A stretch of 21,072 nucleotides of DNA from a virus. Taxonomy: Duplodnaviria; Heunggongvirae; Uroviricota; Caudoviricetes. A program made the position numbers and the translations under genes. Position 1 is the stretch's first letter. Each line of letters begins with the position of its first letter. Below the pieces are notes generated by a model. That model was not told where the DNA came from. It was given only the letters and a program-made list of their open reading frames with translations, and ran no database searches. Positions 15,609-21,072 of this stretch are shown piece after piece. Where the stretch lies: IMG/VR virus record IMGVR_UViG_3300014625_000019; one strand, 5' to 3'.

Positions 15609-15809
15609 ATGAAAGCGTATTGGGACTCTTTAACCAAAGAACAGCAGGGCGAGTTGGCCGGAAAAGTTGGCTCAACACCTGGCTACTTACGGCTGGTTTT
15701 CAATGGCTATAAAAAAGCCAGTTTTGTGCTGGCTAAAAAACTTGAGCAATGCACGTCAGGTGCAATTACGAAATCTGACTTAAGACCGGATATCTATCCG
15801 AAAGATTAG
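15609..15809 (+). CDS. cro: Cro-like small HTH regulator (YdaS-like), 66 aa
   Basis: ATG at 15609 with GGAGG SD at 10-nt spacing. HTH-like QGELAGKVGSTPGYLRLVFNG and a C-terminal DLRPDIY motif reminiscent of YdaS-type Cro proteins. Divergent to cI. Confidence 0.6.
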   Translation: MKAYWDSLTKEQQGELAGKVGSTPGYLRLVFNGYKKASFVLAKKLEQCTSGAITKSDLRPDIYPKD

Positions 15810-15840
15810 CAGAACACTTTCAATTTTTAACCACAGAACG

Positions 15841-16410
15841 ATGAGGCTAATCGTGGGTAAGCATCACTGGAAAATAGAAAAACAGCCTGAGTGGTACGTG
15901 AAAGCTGTCAGAAAAACTATCGCGGCGTTGCCGGGTGGTTACGCTGAAGCGGCTGATTGGCTCGATGTAACAGAAAACGCTTTATTCAACCGCCTTCGTG
16001 CAGATGGCGATCAGATTTTCCCGCTGGGATGGGCAATGGTTTTACAGCGTGCTGGTGGCACTCACTTCATTGCTGATGCTGTGGCGCAGTCTGCAAATGG
16101 CGTCTTTGTGTCTCTTCCTGACGTCGAGGATGTGGACAACGCCGATATTAACCAGCGTCTGCTGGAAGTCATTGAACAGATCGGCAGTTATTCAAAACAG
16201 ATTCGTTCAGCAATCGAAGACGGTGTAGTGGAACCGCATGAGAAGACAGCAATTAACGACGAGCTGTATCTCTCAATTTCGAAGCTGCAGGAGCATGCAG
16301 CACTTGTCTACAAAATTTTTTGCATTTCAGAAAGTAATGACGCCCGCGAGTGTGCAGCTCCGGGCGTCGTGGCGTCGATTGCTTCTGGTTGTGGAGAAAC
16401 TAACGCATGA
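15841..16410 (+). CDS. Putative phage regulatory protein (CII/CP76-like), 189 aa; C-terminus may be altered by a deletion junction
   Basis: Position immediately downstream of cro and weak resemblance to the 186-type CII family (recollection only). Its 3' end abuts a portal fragment. Confidence 0.4.
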   Translation: MRLIVGKHHWKIEKQPEWYVKAVRKTIAALPGGYAEAADWLDVTENALFNRLRADGDQIFPLGWAMVLQRAGGTHFIADAVAQSANGVFVSLPDVEDVDNADINQRLLEVIEQIGSYSKQIRSAIEDGVVEPHEKTAINDELYLSISKLQEHAALVYKIFCISESNDARECAAPGVVASIASGCGETNA

Positions 16411-17263
16411 ACAGTTTAACAACACACTACCGAAGCTTAACAGTAGCTGGGAGCCGGTCTATCAGGTCACATTCCCGGATGGCTCCACGGATGTACTGAG
16501 CCAGGAGGATATCTGGCATGTGCGCACGCTGACGCTGGACGGACTGGTGGGGCTGAATCCCATCGCCTATGCCCGCGAGGCAATATCGCTGGCGGCAGCG
16601 ACCGAAGAGCACGGGGCCAGACTGTTCAGCAATGGCGCGGTGACGTCGGGTGTGTTGCGTACAGAGCAGACGCTGTCAGATCAGGCTTACGAGCGCCTGA
16701 AGAAAGATTTTGAGGAGCGTCACACCGGGCTTGGCAATGCTCACCGCCCGATGATCCTTGAGATGGGGCTGGACTGGAAGTCGATGGCGCTGAACGCCGA
16801 GGACAGCCAGTTCCTGGAAACCCGCAAGTTTCAACTTGAAGAAATCTGTCGTCTGTTCCGGGTACCGTTGCACATGGTGCAGAACACCGATCGCGCCACC
16901 TTCAACAATATCGAAGAACTGGGGCTCGGATTTATCAACTATTCACTGGTGCCGTATCTGACCCGCATCGAACAGCGGATCAACACCGGACTGGTACGAA
17001 AAAGTAAGCAGGGCGTTTATTACGCCAAATTTAACGCCGGGGCGTTACTGCGCGGGGATATGAAGTCCCGTTTTGAAGCCTACGCCACCGGGATTAACTG
17101 GGGAATTTACTCTCCCAATGACTGCCGCGACCTGGAAGATATGAATCCGCGTCCCGGTGGTGATGTCTATCTCACACCGATGAACATGACCACGAAACCC
17201 TCCGATGGCAGTAAAGCCGGTAAGCAGAAGGATAACGCCAATGCAGACGAAACAACGTCTTGA
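16400..17263 (+). pseudogene. HK97-family phage portal protein, 5'-truncated fragment (C-terminal about 285 codons only)
   Basis: Portal-like segment (GLGNAHRPMILEMGLDWKSMALNAEDSQFLETRKFQLEEICRLFRVPLHMV). The upstream part of the track ORF is an alternate frame of the CII-like gene, so roughly the first 120-130 residues of a normal portal are absent. Confidence 0.55.
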
Positions 17264-17588
17264 TGTACCGCTGAGTCTGAAATCTGTCAGTGACTCCGGT
17301 GAGTTTGAAGGGTATGGCTCCGTCTTTGGTGTAAAGGACAGCCACGATGATGTGGTGATGTCCGGGGCATTTGCTGCTTCCCTGCGGGCGTGGAGTGACA
17401 GAAAAGCGTTACCTGCGCTGCTCTGGCAGCACCGCATGGATGAACCCATCGGTGTTTACACCGAAATGAAGGAAGACGATGTCGGGCTTTACGTCAGGGG
17501 ACGGTTGCTTATTGATGATGATCCCCTCGCAAAACGCGCACATGCACACATGAAGGCCGGTTCGTTACGGCGACGGCGCAGACGCTGA
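17241..17588 (+). pseudogene. HK97-family prohead protease, 3'-truncated fragment
   Basis: ATG at 17241 with AAGGA SD. N-terminal protease-like motifs (FEGYGSVFGVKDSHDDVVMSGAFAASL; LLWQHRMDEPIGVY; EDDVGLYVRGRL). The frame ends abruptly in RRRRRR* where the conserved GLSIG-type region is expected. Confidence 0.5.
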
Positions 17589-18508
17589 TGTCATCCTGTT
17601 CTGCACTGGATGACTGCATCAGTGACAGTTTCAGTAGTTTCAGTATCGATGGCGTGGCAGATTTTGTGCAGAACGACGTCGTCGGTAATGCCAGCACAAT
17701 GCTTGGGTATGTTTCTGATGCGATGAAAGTGGTGGATTCTGCCGTATCGGATGCCGCCAGGCTGTTGCAGGGGGATATCTCGGTACTTCTGCCGCCGCCA
17801 TCGTCAGGCAAAAATTTCGTTGAGCAGGTGCAGAAAATGTGGCGTACCGGGAAACGCCTTTATGGTAACGCCAGCGACCTGGTCACCATGATCAAAACGC
17901 TTTCCGGTGTCAGCCTCGGCAGCGATCTGCAACCGCGCGGCGTCTGGAAAACGGACAGTAAAACCACCGCCACGGCTACGCAGCAGCGTAACGTGGTTGC
18001 CAGCACCCTTCGTACGACCGCAATCAGCGAAGCGGCGTATGCCGTCACCCGATTGCCTGCGCCAACAACTTCCGCGGTGATGCAGAATGCCGCAGTGGGG
18101 CAGGCAACAACACCTGCGCAGAGCACTGGCTGGCCTTCCGTCACGCATCCGGCACTGAACAATGCACCGGCGGTGAAAAACACAGTTGACCTGCCGACGT
18201 GGGAAGAACTGACTGACATTCGCGACACACTGAATACGGCAATTGATAAGGAGTTGTCCCGTACAACCAGTGATGCGCTGTTTCTGGCGCTGCGCCGGGT
18301 GAAAGCAGATCTGAATGCGGATATCAACACGCGCCTTGAACAGTCTGCACGGATCATTCAGCGCACGCCGGATGAGGTTTTACCCGCGCTGGTGCTGGCG
18401 GCGACCTGGTTTGATAACGCGGCGCGTGACGCGGACATTATCCGGCGTAATGCCATTACGCATCCCGGCTTTGTGCCGGTGATCCCTCTGAAGGTGCCAG
18501 TGCAATGA
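17588..18508 (+). CDS. Mu-like tail protein (gpN/DNA-circulation-like, C-terminal portion); probably 5'-truncated
   Basis: Sits immediately upstream of and coupled (ATGA overlap at 18505-18508) to a Mu gpP-like gene. The N-terminus lacks the conserved DNA-circulation N-domain. Family assignment is by gene order and recollection, low confidence. Confidence 0.4.
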   Translation: MSSCSALDDCISDSFSSFSIDGVADFVQNDVVGNASTMLGYVSDAMKVVDSAVSDAARLLQGDISVLLPPPSSGKNFVEQVQKMWRTGKRLYGNASDLVTMIKTLSGVSLGSDLQPRGVWKTDSKTTATATQQRNVVASTLRTTAISEAAYAVTRLPAPTTSAVMQNAAVGQATTPAQSTGWPSVTHPALNNAPAVKNTVDLPTWEELTDIRDTLNTAIDKELSRTTSDALFLALRRVKADLNADINTRLEQSARIIQRTPDEVLPALVLAATWFDNAARDADIIRRNAITHPGFVPVIPLKVPVQ

Positions 18509-19584
18509 ACGATAACGTCACGCTACGGGTAAATGGCCGGGAGTGGAATGGCTGGACATCGGTGCGCATCGGTGCCGGTATTGAACGGCTGGCGCGGGAT
18601 TTCAGTGTGGAGATCACTCGCCAATGGCCGGGAGATGAGGGTATCACCACGCTTCAGCCGCGCATTAAAAACGGTTCAAAAGTGGAAGTGCTGATTGGTG
18701 ATGAGCTGGTAATCACCGGCTGGGTGGAGGCGACGCCCGTTCGGTACGATGCCCGTTCGGTCAGCACCGGTATTGCCGGACGTAGTCTGACGGCTGACCT
18801 GATTGACTGTGCAGCCGAACCGACACAGTTTAACGGACGCTCGCTGGTGCAGATTGCGCAGGCGCTTGCTGCGCCTTTCGGCATTGAGGTGGTGAACAGC
18901 GGTGCGCCGTCGGGTGTTATTCCTGATGTTCAGCCTGATCACGGTGAAACGGTGATTGAGGTAATCAACAAAATACTCGGTCAGCAGCAGGCGCTGGCTT
19001 ACGACGACCCGCACGGCAGGCTGGTAATTGGCGGTATTGGCTCAACGCGGGCACATACCGCGCTGGTACTTGGGGAAAACATCCTTTCCTGTGATACGGA
19101 GAAGAGTATCCGGGAGCGGTTTTCTGTTTACCAGGTGGCGGGGCAGCGTGCCGGAAACGACGATGATTTCGGTGAGGCCACCACCACCGCGCTGCGGGCC
19201 CGCACAGAGGACGCATTTATTGCCCGTTACCGTCCGATGTATATCAGGCAGACAGGGCAGGCTACGGGGGCAGGCTGTATTGCGCGTGCTGACTTTGAAG
19301 CCCGGCAACGGGCGGCGCGGACGGATGAAACCACCTATGTGGTGCAGGGCTGGCGACAGGGTAACGGTACGCTGTGGCAACCCAACCAGCGGGTGATTGT
19401 CTTTGATCCGGTCTGTGGTTTTGACAATACCGAACTGCTTGTTTCGGAAGTCACGTTTACTCAGGACCAGAACGGCACCCTGACGGAAATCCGTGTCGGC
19501 CCGCCTGATGCTTATCTGCCTGAACCTGAAGCCCCCGGCGCGCGGAAAAAGAAAAAAGCCAGAGTACAGGAGGACCCGTTCTGA
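18505..19584 (+). CDS. Mu gpP (gp44)-like baseplate hub / tail protein, 359 aa
   Basis: Uninterrupted GC-rich ORF. Translationally coupled to neighbours on both sides (the stop overlaps the next start at 19584). Sequence and position fit a Mu-like baseplate module. Confidence 0.7.
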   Translation: MNDNVTLRVNGREWNGWTSVRIGAGIERLARDFSVEITRQWPGDEGITTLQPRIKNGSKVEVLIGDELVITGWVEATPVRYDARSVSTGIAGRSLTADLIDCAAEPTQFNGRSLVQIAQALAAPFGIEVVNSGAPSGVIPDVQPDHGETVIEVINKILGQQQALAYDDPHGRLVIGGIGSTRAHTALVLGENILSCDTEKSIRERFSVYQVAGQRAGNDDDFGEATTTALRARTEDAFIARYRPMYIRQTGQATGAGCIARADFEARQRAARTDETTYVVQGWRQGNGTLWQPNQRVIVFDPVCGFDNTELLVSEVTFTQDQNGTLTEIRVGPPDAYLPEPEAPGARKKKKARVQEDPF

Positions 19585-20132
19585 TGAGGACGATTGAAGC
19601 CATGCAGCGACAACTTCTCGGCCTGATTGGGCGGGCAGTGGTGAAAAGCATCAGTGCCGCCACGAAATGTCAGACCGTGGATGTGTCCCTGATTGCCGGT
19701 GAACCCAAAGCCGGGGTTGAACATCTTGAACCCTACGGTTTTACCGCAAGGGCAAACAGCGGTGCGGAAGCGGTGGTGTTGTTTCCGGATGGCGACCGTT
19801 CTCATGCGGTGGTTGTTACGGTGTCGGACCGGCGCTACCGCCTGAAAGGGCTGCAGACGGGTGAGGTGGCTGTCTATGACGATCAGGGGCAGTCTGTGAC
19901 GCTGACCCGGGAGGGGATCGTGGTGGACGGTGCAGGTAAAACGATCACGTTTCGCAATGCGCCCAGAGCACGTTTTGAAATGGACCTGGAAGTGACCGGA
20001 CAGGTGAAAGACCTGTGCGACTACGGCGGCACCACCATGTCAGCGATGCGGCTTGCCTATAACGGCCATTGTCACAGAGAGAACGGTCAGGGCAGTAACA
20101 CCGACAAACCGGATAAAGCGATGGAGGCATGA
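19584..20132 (+). CDS. Baseplate assembly protein V-like (Mu gp45-like), 182 aa
   Basis: gpV-like central region (GEVAVYDDQGQSVTLTREGIVVDGAGKTITF). Overlapping start/stop with neighbours. Confidence 0.7.
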   Translation: MRTIEAMQRQLLGLIGRAVVKSISAATKCQTVDVSLIAGEPKAGVEHLEPYGFTARANSGAEAVVLFPDGDRSHAVVVTVSDRRYRLKGLQTGEVAVYDDQGQSVTLTREGIVVDGAGKTITFRNAPRARFEMDLEVTGQVKDLCDYGGTTMSAMRLAYNGHCHRENGQGSNTDKPDKAMEA

Positions 20133-20557
20133 TGGAACTGTGGCTGACGGTGAACGGTAAACGCACCTGCGCCAGCGCACCGCTGGATCCGCTGACCCGC
20201 GCCGTGGTGATTTCCCTGTTTACCTGGCGGCGGGCGGAGCCTGATGACAATGCCGACGTCCCGATGGGATGGTGGGGGGATACCTGGCCTGCGGTACAGA
20301 ATGACCGTTACGGCTCCCGGCTGTGGCTGCTTCAGCGCGGCAAACTGACCAATCAGCTGGTGCAGACGGTAAGGGGGTATATCCGCGAATGCCTGCAATG
20401 GATGATTGATGACGGTGTGGTGTCCCGTATTGATCTGGATATCCGCCGCACCGGGATTAATGAACTGGGTAACAGTATCACTCTCTGGCGTCGTGACGGA
20501 CCGGTAATGATTTCTTTTGATGATCTGTGGAGTGCGATAACGCATGGCGGACAGTGA
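20129..20557 (+). CDS. Mu gp46-like baseplate protein (GP46/W-like), 142 aa
   Basis: Small ORF between gpV-like and baseplate-J-like genes. ATGA overlap with the upstream gene. Confidence 0.65.
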   Translation: MMELWLTVNGKRTCASAPLDPLTRAVVISLFTWRRAEPDDNADVPMGWWGDTWPAVQNDRYGSRLWLLQRGKLTNQLVQTVRGYIRECLQWMIDDGVVSRIDLDIRRTGINELGNSITLWRRDGPVMISFDDLWSAITHGGQ

Positions 20558-21072
20558 ATTTCAGCGCCCGACGCTGGCAGAAAATATCAGTATGCTCCGT
20601 AACGATTTATTCGCCAGGCTGGACGTCAGCGACACGCTCCGGCGCATGGATGAAGACGTGCGGGCAAAGGTGTATGCGGCGGCGCTGCATACGGTTTACG
20701 GTTACATCGATTATCTGGCAATGAACATGCTGCCTGACCTGTGCGATGAGTCCTGGCTGGCGCGACATGCTGCGATGAAACGGTGTCCGCGCAAGGGGGC
20801 CACGTCTGCCAGCGGGTATATGCGCTGGGAAGGTGTCAGCGATGGCCTGAAGGTGACCGCCGGGAGCGTGATTCAGCGCGATGACCTGGTTCAGTACACG
20901 GCAACTGCCGATGCAACCAGCTCCGGTGGTGTCCTGCGTGTGCCGATCACTTGCTCAACTACAGGCGCGGTCGGTAACGCTGACGACGGTACGGCATTAA
21001 TCCTGGTCACGCCGGTGAATGGTCTGCCGTCTTCCGGTGTTGCAGATACCCTGACTGGCGGATTCGATACTG
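20545..21072 (+). CDS. Baseplate J-like protein (Mu gp47-like), partial: 5' part only, runs off the window end
   Basis: ATG at 20545 overlapping the previous gene by 13 nt. Open frame to the window end (MADSEFQRPTLAENISMLRNDLFARLDVSD...). Not in the ORF track because no stop is reached. Confidence 0.65.

Noticed and set aside
15998-17449. ORFs 15998-16228 (+), 16427-16612 (-), 16676-16873 (-) and 17045-17449 (-)
   Set aside because: Alternate-frame or antisense ORFs within the CII-like and portal-fragment coding regions.
17509-20724. Many minus-strand and alternate-frame ORFs across the tail/baseplate genes (e.g. 17860-18357, 18676-19014, 19042-19380, 20087-20545, 20527-20724)
   Set aside because: The region is GC-rich, which gives long open frames by chance on both strands. 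The plus-strand genes form a translationally coupled series with phage baseplate-like products, whereas these translations are Arg/Pro/Gly-rich and unsupported.

Overview
The window looks like an enterobacterial integration hotspot at the 3' end of ssrA (tmRNA), holding at least two horizontally acquired elements. Left part (1 to ~7640, mostly minus strand, visibly AT-rich): a P4-type tyrosine integrase (6212-7441) sits next to a 32-nt ssrA 3'-end fragment that I read as an att core (7606-7637). Its cargo is a translationally coupled triplet encoding a large serine recombinase and two ParB/Srx-like proteins (2594-5929), then a decayed second integrase remnant (2254-2466), a 535-aa orphan protein (490-2097) and a small peptidoglycan-binding-domain protein (61-471). 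Right part (~7640 to 21072): a degraded mosaic prophage. It carries a two-gene moron operon (8065-9253) between att and a lambda-type int/xis pair, an AT-rich membrane-protein moron, YfdP/Q/R-like genes, a GC-rich apparently non-coding structured segment (13529-13996), a CI/Cro immunity region with GGTACA-type palindromic operators, a CII-like gene, truncated portal and prohead-protease fragments, and Mu-like baseplate genes running off the window. I see no rRNA, complete tRNA, CRISPR array or IS transposase. The best candidates for an undescribed system are the recombinase-ParB-ParB triplet, the two-gene moron with an R-x6-H (HEPN-like) motif, and the 535-aa orphan. All family assignments are from reading motifs by eye and recollection; no database search was run.
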